A stretch of DNA of 64,000 nt from positions 24,368,001 to 24,432,000 of the forward strand of contig NC_086097.1 in NCBI RefSeq assembly GCF_963921235.1. The letters run 5' to 3'. Shown here in pieces: positions 39,081 through 51,508 of this stretch. A program made the position numbers and the translations under genes. The stretch comes from Mobula hypostoma. Lineage: Eukaryota. The notes below the pieces were generated by a model. It was not told where the DNA came from and did not search any database. It saw nothing but the letters and a program-made list of their open reading frames with translations. How positions within the stretch are numbered: position 1 is the stretch's first letter; every line of letters begins with the position of its first letter.

Positions 39081-39790
39081 TGCAAACCTTGGACCATAAG
39101 CCCTGGTTAGGAAAGGGGTTCAAATCCCTCTGCTATCTGTGATGTGTTTGTACATTCTCCCTGTGAGTGTGTGGGTTCGCTCCAATGTTCCAGTTTTCTT
39201 TCACATTCCAAAGATTCACAGGATAGTAGGTTAATTGATCACATTGGTGTACTTGCCAGCAGGGACTCATTGGGCCAGAAGAGCCCATTGCCCATTACTA
39301 TGTGGTAGCTTGAGATAAATAAATACATAAAAAATAGATACAGAACTGCTTTGAATGTATCTGACTCCTCTTTCCTAGTGAAAGTCAAAAAACTGCAGAC
39401 ACTGAAAATCTAAAACAAAAATAGAAAATACGTGACCTGAAATTTTGACTTGTTCCTACTCCACAGTTTTTGCCTGACCTACTGAGTATTTCGAGCATGT
39501 TATGGTTTTTTTTTAATTTTAAACCTTCTCCGAAGACACTGAGGGTTGTGTAGTCTCCTTATACTAAATGAGTCACTCTGAACAAAGCAAGATGCCCCGA
39601 ATATTTAGCAGTCGTTCAGATTTTGATGAATTGCACCAATTGTAAAAAGAGACTTGAGAATGTGGCCCAGTAAACTGTGATGCATCTCATCTGCAGTCTT
39701 AACATTGCACTCAGCTCATGTACTAGAATTAGCTTTTGTGCGTTGTTAACTTAGGTGAGAGCTAGATCAACTGAAAGGCTAGCTGCATGT

Positions 39791-41800
39791 TAGAAACCAT
39801 AGAAAAACTACAGCACAGAAACAGGCCTTTTGGCCCTTCTTGGCTGTGCCGAACCATTTTCTGCCTAGTCCCACTGACCTGCACACAGACCACATCCCAT
39901 CCATGTATCTGTCCAATTTATTTTTAAATATTAAAAAAAGAACCCGCATTTATCACCTCGTCTGGCAGCTCATTCCATACTCCCACCACTCTCTGTATGA
40001 AGAAGCCCCCCCAATGTTCCCTTTAAACTTTTCCCCCCTCACCCTTAACCCATGTCCTCTGGTTTTTTTCTCCCCTTGCCTCAGTGGAAAAAGCCTGCTT
40101 GCATTCACTCTATCTATACCCATCATAATTTTATATACCTCTATCAAATCTCCCCTCATTCTTCTACGCTCCAGGGAATAAAATCCTAACCTATTCAACC
40201 TTTCTGTTACTGAGTTTCTCAAGTCCCAGCAACATCCTTGTAAACCTTCTCTGCACTCTTTCAACCTTATTTATATCCTTCCTGTAATTTGGTGACCAAA
40301 ACTGAACACAATACTCCAGATTCGGCCTCACCAATGCCTGAAACAACCTCATCATAACATTCCAGCTCTTATACTCAATACTTTGATTAATAAAGGCCAA
40401 TGTACCAAAAGCTCTCTTTACGACCCTATCTACCTGTGACGCCACTTTTAGGGAACTTTGTATCTGTATTCCTAGATCCCTCTGTTCTACTGCACTCCTC
40501 AGTGCCTTACCATTAACCATTACCATGTTCTACCTTGGTTTGTCCTTCCAACGTGCAATACCTCACACTTGTCTGTATTAAACTCCATCTGCCATTTTTC
40601 AGCCCATTTTTCTAGCTGGTCCAAGTCCCTCTGCAGGCTCTGAAAACCTTCCTCACTGTCTACTACACCTCCAATCTTTGTATCATCAGCAAATTTGCTG
40701 ATCCAATTTACCACATTATCATCCAGATCATTGATATAGATGACAAATAACAATGGACCCAGCACTGATCCCTGTGGCACACCACTAGTCACAGGCCTTC
40801 ACTTGGAGAAGCAATTCTCTACTACCACTCTTTGGCTTCTTCCATTGAGCCAATGTCTAATCGGATTTACCACCTCTCCATGTATACCTAGCGACTGAAT
40901 TTACCTAACTAACCTCCCATGCGGGACCTTGTCAAAGGCCTTACTGAAGTCCCTGTAGACAATATCCACTGCCTTCCCTTCATCCACTTTCCTGGTAACC
41001 TCCTCGAAAAACTCCAATAGATTGGTCAAACATGACCTACCACGCACAAAGCCATGTTGACTCTCCCTAATAAGTCCCTGTCTATCCAAATGCTTGTAGA
41101 TTCTGTCTCTTAGTACTCCCTCCAATAACTTACCTACTACCAACATTAAACTTACCGGCCTATAATTTCCCGGATTACTTTTCGATCCTTTTTTGAACAA
41201 CGGAACAACATGAGCCACTCTCCAATCCTCCGGCACCTCACCTGTAGACAGCGACATTTTAAATATTTCTGCCAGGGCCCCTGCAATCTCAACACTAGTC
41301 TCCTTCAAGGTCCGAGGGAACACCCTGTCAGGTCCTGGGGATTTATCCACTTCAATTTTCCTCAAGACAGCAAGCACCTCCTCCTTTTCAATCTGTACAG
41401 TTTCCATGATCTCACTACTTGTTTCCCTTAATTCCATAGACTTCATGCCAGTTTTCTTAGTAAATACAGATGCAAAAAACCTATTTAAGATCTCCCCCAT
41501 TTCCTTTGGTTCCGCACATAGCTGACCACTCTGATCTTCAAGAGGACGAATTTTATCCCTTACAATCCTTTTGCTCTTAATATACCTGTAAAAGCTCTTT
41601 GGATTATCCTTCACTTTGACTGCCAAGGCAACCTCATGTCTTCTTTTAGCCCTCCTGATTACTTTCTTAAGTATTTTCTTGCACTTCTCAAGCACCTTAT
41701 TTACTCCCTGTTTCCTATACATGTCATACAACTCCCTCTTCTTCTTTATCAGAGTTGCAATATCCCTTGAGAACCAAGGTTCCTTCTTCCTGTTCACTTT
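39791..41800 (-). mobile_element. 5'-truncated CR1 LINE (~2 kb), frameshifted
   Basis: ORFs 40901..41797 (KSPGPD, PGNYRPVSL, QHGF, DFSKAFDKVPH), 40520..40792 ([17 protein letters not shown]) and 40191..40526; tail at ~39791-39805. Confidence 0.95.
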
Positions 41801-43024
41801 GTTGATTACAGTGTGCTTACATTTCTCTAGGAAAGTGCCATAGATCCAAACTGGTGCCCATTTAAGGTTGGAAAAGGAAGAACCAGCCCTTTGTTAAATC
41901 ATGCTCAGGGAGCCTTGACCATTTCATGTTCAGTGGAGTATTTTTCAAGTGTACTCATTGCTGTAATGACCAGCGAACAATTTGAACACTGCAAGCTCCC
42001 ACAAGCAAGCTAAGAATTCCAAGATGGTGCTGGCAATATACAGCGAAGTTCTGAGGGCAGCTCACAAAACTACTCGATATTCCGCTGCATAAACTTCTGA
42101 ACCATGATCTCTGCAATCACACTGAGCGTTTGCTTTTCTACATTGCTTGTTTGTCAGTTTTCATGTATAGTTTTTCATTGATTCTATTGTATTTCTTTGT
42201 TCTACTCTGAATGCCCACAAGAAAAAGAATCTCAGTAATATATAGTGACATATACATACTGTACTTTAATATTAAATTTACTTTGAAATTTGAATTTTGA
42301 ACTTTGATGTGATAACAACTTGATTGCTTTTAAAGATGCTGGATCAAAGAATAACAATTGGCTGGGATATGAGAGATATCTGTGCAATTTGTTGCCACAG
42401 GGGACTGTAGAGGCCAAGTCATTGGGTATTAAGGCAGAGGTTGATAGATTCTTGATTAGTCAGGGCATGAAGGGATACAGGGAGAAGGCAGGAGATTGGG
42501 GCTGAGAGGGAAAATAGATCAGCATTGATGAAATGCCAGAGCAGAATTGATGGGCTTCTGTTCCTATATCTTATGGTCTTAGGGATATGTCCCTCTCATT
42601 CTTTTAAGATCTTTTACCATCACCCAGGAAGGCAAACATTTGCAAGACAGAAGCTAAGAAGGTGTGTGTTGCTCTGGAAGTATCAAATACTGGAAGCCAA
42701 TAGTTTCAGGTGAGAGGGGAAAGATCAAAGAAGATTTACAAGGTGGATTTTATTTGACACGATGAGTGAAAGTATAAATTTTTTTTAAATGGGGATACTC
42801 AGCACGTCATACAGCATCTGTGGAGAGAGAAAAAAAAACAGAGTTAATGTTTCAGGTCAACTGGTTTTCAGGTTTACAGCTCTGATGAAAACTTACCAGC
42901 CTCGAACATTAACTCTGATATTCCTTTTCTGCAGTTACTCAGTGACCTGCCAAGTACCGCCAGCATTTTCTGCTTTTACCGTAATTCTGATTTTCAGACC
43001 TTTCTTCATGAGAAGCTGCTTGTT

Positions 43025-43272
43025 ACAGTAGCATAGCGGTTAGAATAACGCTTTACGGTGCTAGTGGCCGCAGTTCAATACCTGCTGCTGTCTGTAAGGA
43101 GTTTGTACATTCTCCCATGACTGCGTGAGTTTCCTCCGGGTGCTCGGGTTTCCTCCAACATTCCAAAGGTGTATGGGTTATTAGGTTAATTCATCACTTG
43201 GGTGTATTTGAGCATCACGGACTTGTTGGGCTAGAAGCGCCTTCTACTGTGCTGTACCTATAAATAAATAAA
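43025..43272 (+). mobile_element. V-SINE, near complete
   Basis: tRNA-like head, V domain gtttcctccgggtgctcgggtttcctccaacattccaaag, CR1-like tail and (taaa)n. Confidence 0.75.
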
Positions 43273-43411
43273 TGTTGTGTTGACCTTTTAACCTACTGCA
43301 AGATAAATCTGACCCTTCCAGCCACATAGCCCTCCATTTTTCTTTCAACCATGTGCCTGTCTAAGAGAAGCCCTTCAAGAATTTCAAAATAACTCCAAAA
43401 GAATGAAAATA

Positions 43412-43837
43412 TACTCAGTGGCCTCTTTATTAGGTACCACTGTTGTAACGCATGGTTATTTGAGTTACTGTCGCCCTCCTGTCAGCATGAACCAGTCTGG
43501 CCATTGTCTTCTTACCACTTTCATTTACAAGGCATTTTCACCCATAGAGCTGACACTCACTGGATGTTTCTTTTTTTTTGTTTTTTGCACCATCTCTGTA
43601 AGTTCTCGAGATTTGTGTGTGAAGATCCCAAGACATCAACACTTTCTGAGATATACAAACCACCCAGTCTGGCACCGCCAAAGTCACTTGAATCACATTT
43701 CTTATCCCATCCTGATCTTCATTCTGACCATGTTTGTATAGCTTTATGCATTGAGTTTCTGCCACATATTTGTCTGATTATATATTTGCATTAATGAGTA
43801 GGTCTACAGGTGTAGCTAATAAAGTGACCACTGAATG
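43412..43837 (-). mobile_element. 426-bp Tc1-derived MITE with TA TSD
   Basis: TA|tactcagtggcctctttattaggtac ... gtagctaataaagtgaccactgaatg|TA; internal minus-strand relic of the transposase N-terminus. Confidence 0.8.
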
Positions 43838-45479
43838 TACCTCTCTCTAAATGAACCATGAGCATTATACAGCAGAAGTGCAAAGAGATGCTTAAAAAAG
43901 AAAGCAAAATTTACTTTAGAACGTGAGTTAAACCATCTTTTGAGCAGTAAATTCAACATTTATAATAATCGAGTAGAACTGGAAGTTATAAAGCAGACTG
44001 AGGAACCAGATACTGTATAGTGCACAGTACTGGGCCCAACATACTGATGCAATTACAAAGAAGGCATGTCAGCATCCATATTTCATCAGGAGCTTGAAGA
44101 GATTTTGTGTGTCACCAAAGACGCTAGTAAATTTCTACAATTATCCATCACCATTTGTTATGGAGGGGCCATGCACAAGATTGGTAAAAGCTGCAGAGGG
44201 TTGCAAACTCAGCTGGCTCCATCGTCAGCACGAGCATTGAGGACATCTTCAAAATATAATGACTCAAAAAGGTGGCATCCATCAATAAGGGCCTCCATCA
44301 CCCAGAACGTGCCCACCTCTCACTACTGACAACAGGGAGAAGGTTCAGGAGCCAGAAGGCACACATTCAATGTTTCAAGAACAGCTTCTTCACCTCCACC
44401 ATCATTCTGAATGGACAATTAACCATTTCTTATTGTAATTTATAATATTTTTAATGTCTTGCACTGTACTGCTGCCGCAAAACAGCAAATTTTATGACAT
44501 ATGTCAGTGGGATTAAACCTGATTCTGGTTACAGAAAATTCAAGGCTCAGGATTAAATAGCGAAGCGTAAATCGTATTTAGAAATGCCGCAGGGAGAAAA
44601 CAGTGAGAGGAGGATGAGCTACACTCATTAGAGATAATGGATAGCTGTAGAAAAAAGGTGACATGGGAAATACAATGCATGAGATAAAAAATGGAGAAAG
44701 GATTTAGGCTCCAATTACAGTCAGTCAGCTTTCTTAGGCAGGCCACTTTGTTCACATGCTCAATATCAGGCTGCTGATAGCAGACTCTATTCTGCGCTCG
44801 GTTGCAGGAAGATGGGTAGAGGAAAGAAACTGAAGAGTGTTCACAAAACCTCCGTGAATGTTTCAGCATCGTTGCTGACCTGAGATGATTCCTGGCCCAT
44901 GCCCATTGCAACAGCAGCTCAAAGAAGCCCAGTGCAAATGGGGAAGGTGGGCACCATCTCCTAAATTACCCACCCACTTAATCTGTCAGACACCCCTCAA
45001 AATGCTGAAGAATGCAGCTGGTCAGGCAGGATCTATGGAGGGAAATAAACAGTCAATGATTTTGGCTGAGTCTCTCCATCAGGCGGACCTGAAACGTCAA
45101 CTGTTGCTGTCCCTCTATAGATTCTACCTGATCCACTGAGTTCCTCCAGCATTTTATGTGTGTTGATCCAAGTTTCCAGCATCTGGCATACTCTCTTGTG
45201 TCTTTGTCAAACATCTCAAGCCCCACCTGTGGCAAAGTCTACAGGACCTATGTTGGCCTCATCAGGCACCTCCAAATCCTTAGAACTGATGAACAAGACA
45301 TGTACAAGATATCCTCAACCTCTCAGACACTGACTAAGAAGTGTTAACAGAGAAAAAAAAAATCAATCATATTGATAGGGTAATCTACAGTGTAAACAAC
45401 AGAGGGAGGAAAAAAGAAATGTGCAAAGAAAAAGGGGAACTAGATTAACAGAATTGAATAAAGGCTAGTGATCTTAACT

Positions 45480-46050
45480 CATTTAATCTTTATTTATCCA
45501 AAGTGGTAAGCAAAGGAATAAGGTAATGGATTTCCTAGGATATATATGGGGCCCATTCTAATCCAAAATCTAAGAAACCAACATATAAGGATTTCATGAC
45601 TAAGCAGGGCAATATTGAAGTCAGTTTAAGTATGAGAAATTGGGGAACATTTCGACAACAGTGATCATTATGTAGTACAGCTTCAGATAATAATTGAGAA
45701 TGCAGTAAGTCTAGGAAAGACCAGAAGAAGGTAAGGAAATAAACTAAAACTTGGAAAATAAAATAGACAATGATTTGGCAAGTATTGGCATTGAGGAGCT
45801 ATGGGAAATGTTCAGAACAGTGTTCAAACAAGACCAGGAAAATATTGTGCCAAATTCAAGATCAAACTAAACAGTAATGAGACACCAGAGATAAATAAAG
45901 ACATGAGGGGAAAATTGAGAGTGACAAATTAAAAGCATGGACAGCAGGGGAGAGCACGGCATGGAGAAGATTAGGAGAGAAGCCAAAATGCCAGTCAGAA
46001 AGGCAAAGTGGATCTACAAAATGAAGTTATCGAGGACCATAAAACAAACT
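45480..46050 (+). mobile_element. Very old CR1 ORF2 relic (endonuclease C-terminus and linker)
   Basis: GEHFDNSDHYVVQLQI (SDH motif) and EELWEMFRTVF. Confidence 0.5.
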
Positions 46051-47541
46051 AGTTATACCTCACAGACACATAACCTGAGGAACAACAGAAATAAAAAAAC
46101 AGTAAATGTTGGAACTTCTCAGCAGGTCAGCCAGCATCGGTGGAAAAGGAATTGGAATTAGCATTTCAGGTCACTTACCATCACCACGGTGGGAATACAG
46201 CCTCTAAAGGATAGACAATGCTTCACATATTTTGTAGAGATAGCACATGTTATATAAATACATGGTCATGGTCCATCTTCTTATTGTTGACTATGAAACC
46301 GCTGGTTTGCTGTAAAAGCCTCCCATTCTTGAATGTCCTTAAGGGAGAGAAATTTAATGATTTTCTCAGTTCAAAGTTCAAAATAAGTTTATTATCAAAT
46401 TATACGACCATATACAACCATGAGATTCATTTAATTGCAGGCACCCACTGAGATACAATAGAAGCCATGAAAAGCCATCCAACACTAAATTCAGGCTGTG
46501 GAGTTAGTTCAGTGCTAAGACGAGTGAAACTGTCCACACTGGTCCGGCAACCTGATGGTTGTAGGACAACAACTGTTCCTGAACCTGGTGGTGTGGAACG
46601 CAAGAGTCCTGCACCTCACACCTGATGGTAAAAGGAGGAAGACAGGCAGACATGTTGAACACAGACAGATGGGATAGGCTCAGGTGGGGAATCTACTCTG
46701 GCACAGAGTACCAGTTCGTTTTCCACTCTCGGGCCTCGACACTTTAGTTTGGCTTGAAGTCCACCCTGGCACTCCGGTGATGGCCACCCTTCCTCTGCCT
46801 GAAGATACCATTCCTGCTTTCTTGAAAATCCGGCCCACACATGACTTAAGACCCACCCAAGTGGATGAAATGATTGAGTGAGCCATTTGTTCATGAATAA
46901 TTAGAAGTAAACAAGAAACAAACTGCTGGAGAGGAACAAAGTCAGTGTTGGGGGGGAGAGGAATTGTCCACCTTTGGGGCTGAGACCCTGAATTTCCTCT
47001 CGTCTCCCTCCACTCTCAGTCTTGATGCAGGGCTCTGACCCAAAGCATCAACAATTCGGTTGGGACATTATTGGTGGCATCCTGCAAAGCTTCTTTTGCC
47101 CTATTGGGTATATTTCTCACTCAATAATGCACATTTGAGACTTTTGTGTTTGCTGCTCCTCTGTTTCCTCTCCCTCAGCCTGTTTCCATGGAAATATTCC
47201 TCTGCCAACATACAGCACAGGGAGAAACCCCATTCCTGGGCAGATCCTCTCATGTGAAACAGCAAAACAAGATGGCCCGGTGTAATGAGACATCCCCAGG
47301 CACTTCACCCCAACCGACATGAAGGAGTTGGGACAGCTGACCAAAAGCATCAAAGTTCAAAGTAACTTTATTATCGAAGTACATATATGTCACATCATAC
47401 AACCCTGAGATTCATTTTCTTGCGGGCATTCACAATAAATACATGAAACATAATAAATCAACGAAAGACCACAACCAACGGGACAGACAGACAATAAAGA
47501 AAAAAAAGACAAAAAATAAATAATTATAGTAATAATAATAA

Positions 47542-50500
47542 TATACCTGGCTGTCGGTATAAAAAGCAGTACCCTTTTGCATTAGAAATGGAGGGATGTC
47601 AATGGAACAGAGAAATGCGGCTGCTCCCTGAGGATCACCAGGGTGTGCCCAGAGCTCACAGTGGGCATGGGAGTAAGTGAACCGCTAGCGATACACTGCT
47701 GAACAGGTGGCAGGCGCCAGGAAACCTGAAAGAGATACTGCCCACATTCACAGTAGCCAACCAACATCACAGGCTGCGACTGCTGCGGATGTTTCTCAGC
47801 GGAATCGTCCACTTAAAACTGAGATCACTCAAGCAGTTAAGAGGAGAAAGACGCACATGAAATTGTCATTAGAAGTAAACACATTCATAATGCATGTATA
47901 TTACTGAGTAACGGAACTTGAGACTTATATGGCAGGATACTGGGACAAACTTCATCAACAGTTTATTGCACCGTATCTCTCCATGCAAGTAAATGCACAA
48001 TGCATAGCAGATCAATGCAGAGTGATAATTTAAAAATAACTTAATCCCTATAGACATGTTAAACCAAATAAAACATTAGCTGCGCAAGAGCTAGAAAGAA
48101 ACCAACCTAAAGACCATGACAATGCCATGCAAGAAAATAATGAAGATGTACAAAAACACTGATGAAGATACAATTATTTCAACTGCTCACAATCGGATGT
48201 TAACAGCAACTACACAGCTCTAGAGACCCCGCAGAATGCTGATGATGAAGCTGAGCTTAACAGACAAAGTTATCCTAATATTTAACACCACACTAACAGA
48301 ATATATGGGCATTGACTCAACGAAAAGACCCTACATCCCAAAACAAAATATGTCATGAAAATTTGCAAAAATTGTTAATACTCTCAACTATTATATTGCC
48401 ACATTTAGGAAAACTCGAAACGTTTGAAGAACTACACACAATAACATACCATGTAGCATTAACGACAGTACAGTGCAATGGCTCCAAAATAGAGGCACTC
48501 ATCAATAGAAACTCAAAACTGAGTAATGAAATGAGAACACCAAAATGGCAGAAGAGACTAAAGAACAAAATTGAAACCTTAAGAGCAGAAATAGCCCACC
48601 TAATGGAGTGTGAAATGAATAACCCAAACAAGAAAGTTAGGAGAAAAGCTAAGGAACTATAAGGTCCATATAAGATACGATCAACCTAACAAAAGCATTG
48701 TAGAGTTTATAGATACACTAAAACAAAAGTTTGGTGCATTCAAATCCAGAGAAAATAGATACATGAAATGCACTAGATGAAGAAAACAGCATTATCAGTT
48801 CAGAAACAATGGAAAAAAGATTTACACTGGACAGTGAAACAAAATTAGGTGTATGAAAATGTCACCAACCCCAGTGCAGAATTACCAACAACCACAGAGA
48901 TAATGAAATTTTGGTCTAATATTTGGTCAGACAGGGTGAGACACTATCAAGAAGCAAACTGGATTAGGAAGGAAAGAGAACGCACACACACGATTGAAAA
49001 AATGCAAATACCTGAAGTTACAATGGATTTGCTAAAAAAGGTTATAAAAATATCTACAACTGGAAAAGTACTGGCAGTGATGATGTTCATAATTATTAGT
49101 ATAAAAATTTTACTGGCCTTCATTCATACCTATTAATGCATATCAACAATTTTATTAATAATCCTGAAAATGTACCTGAAGTTTTGACAGAAGGTAAAAC
49201 ATATCTTTTACCTAAAGGGGAAATCACAAAAGAGCCATCAAAATATCTTCCTATTACTTGTTTATAAACTATATGTAAAATTGTAACATCATGTATCTCG
49301 CAACTAATCACCATTCACTTAGATAACCACAACATACTTACAGAAGAGCAGAAAGAATGCCTTTAAGGGTATGAAAGGATGTAAACAACAACTGATAATA
49401 GATTCCGTAATTCTAAATCAAGCCTGGTGGACAAACAGAAATATTTAATTTTGTTAATTTGACAACCAAAAGGCAATTGACTCTGTCCCACACTCATGGT
49501 TAATAGAAGGTCTTAATATATATAAACTGCACCCAATACTTGAGAAATTCCTGCAACATCTGATGAAGCATTGGCGTACTATAATCACCCTATCTATTAA
49601 CAATCAAAAAACAACCACCATTATTAAAATAAACTGAGGCATTTTCCAAGGTGACTCTCTAAGTCCACTATGATCGTGTTTAGCTTTAAATCTGCTCTCT
49701 AATATACTGAATCGTATGACAATAGGGTATCAAATCAGAAACAATGAAATGAGCTATACCTTAAAACATTTTCAGTACATGAATGATTTGAAATGATATT
49801 CTCCTTCATCAGTAAAGCCAAAGCAATTAATTCAAATAGTAGAACCATTTTTGAAAGATATAAGCATGAACTTTGGACTGAATAAATGCAGAACATGAAA
49901 CAGAAAGAAAGGTGCAATGGAGCTCATAGGATACAAAGCAGACTCTGTTACTTATAAAAGTGCCATCCCCTTCTCTCAATTTCTCCATCTGCTCTCAGGG
50001 TGGGGCTTATCATTCCAGAATGAAGGAGATGTCCTCCTTCTTCAAAGAAAGGGGCTTCCCTTCGTCCACCATGAATGCTGCCCTCAACCGCATCTTTTCC
50101 ATTTCACATACGTCTGCCCTCGCCCCATCCTCCCACTACCCACCAGAGAAAGGGTACCACTCCACCAGCCTCCATGTCCAGCACATAATACTCCATAAGT
50201 TTCACCATCTCCACTGGAATCCCACCACCAAGCACATCTTTCCCTCCCCCCACCCCCAGTTTCTGCTTTCCAGGGGGATCACTCCCTATGTGACTCCCTT
50301 GTCCATTCATCCCCACTGATCTCTCTCCTGGCACTTTTCCTTACAAGCAGAACAAGTGCTACACCTGCCCCTACACCTCCTCCCTCACTACCATTTAGGG
50401 CCCCAAACAGTCCGTTCTGGTGAGGTAACACTTCACCTGTGAGTCTATTAGGGCCAACTATTGTATCCAGTACTCCTGGTGTGGCATCTTGTATATCGGT

Positions 50501-51508
50501 GAGACTCAGCATTGATTGGGAGACCGCTTCACCTAGCACCTATGCTCCATATGCCAGAAAAAGCGGGATCTCCCAGTGACCACCCATTTTATTTCCACTT
50601 CCCATTCCCATTCAGATATATCCATCCATGGCCTCCACTACTGTCACAATGAGGCCACACTCAGGTTGAAGGAACAACACCTTATATTCCGTCTGGGTAG
50701 CCTCCAACCTGATGGCATGAACATCGATTTCTCGAACTTCTGGTAGTGGCCTCAAACCACCCCCCACCCTTCTCTGTTCCCCATCCCCTTTTCCCTCTCT
50801 CACCTATCTCCTTGCCTACTCATTGCCTCCCTCTAGTGCTCCTCCCCCTTTTTCTTCCTCCCCCTTTTTCTTCCTCCCATGGCTTTCTGTCCTCTCCTAT
50901 TATACTCCCCCCTTCTCTAGCCCTGTATCAACTTCCCAACTCTTTACTTCACCCCATCCCCCACTCCTGGTTTGACCTATCACCTTGTGCTTCTCCCTCC
51001 CCTCCCCCACCCTCTAACTCTGACTCCTCATCTTTTTTCTCCAGTCCTCACTATAAATACAAGCCTGATCCAGTTTTAGAATCAGAATGCTACAAATTAT
51101 ATTACAACTGATGGTTATTACAGAGAGGACGATCCATTATAACCATCAGGATATAAAATTACAGAATAAACCCTTACTTAATAGAAATAGCCATTCCAAA
51201 CACACATAACTTACAGAAATCAATAAATGAAAAACATCAAAAGTATGCTGAATTAAAAGAGGAAATCGGAAGACTTTGGAACATGAACAGAGTATACATT
51301 ATTCCAATAGTAATATCTACAACTGGTATCATCCCAAAGTCACTACACAATGACATTAAACAGTTAGGTCTACACAGTAATATCCATGTAAATCCACAGA
51401 AAGCCACAATACTAAACACCACTAGAATAGTCCAAAAGTTCCTAGCAATTGACAAATGAGCATGCTTGGCTATTCCTATACCTCAGGTTTTACCAGCTTG
51501 TGCTGAGA
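47542..51508 (+). mobile_element. Near full-length, decayed R4/Dong-clade non-LTR retrotransposon
   Basis: N-terminal RRKTHMK.SLEVNTFIMHVYY; TPKWQKRLKNKIETLR; FWSNIW; NWKSTGSDDVHNY; QKAIDSVPHSWL; GIFQGDSLSPL; YMND; FGLNKC; C-terminal YLIEIAIP...KHQKYAEL...PIVISTTG...KATILNTTRIVQKFL; starts right after (TAA)n. Confidence 0.85.
49945..51047 (+). mobile_element. Penelope GIY-YIG/pLTR fragment nested in the Dong element
   Basis: MKEMSSFFKERGFP...KHIFPSP, CYTCPYTSSLTTI and LYIGETQH, homologous to 24845-25960; ends at ccagtcct, the start of the hammerhead. Confidence 0.85.

Noticed and set aside
47542..47720. HDV-like ribozyme at the Dong 5' end
   Set aside because: Plausible for the clade, but I could not identify the nested double pseudoknot by eye.
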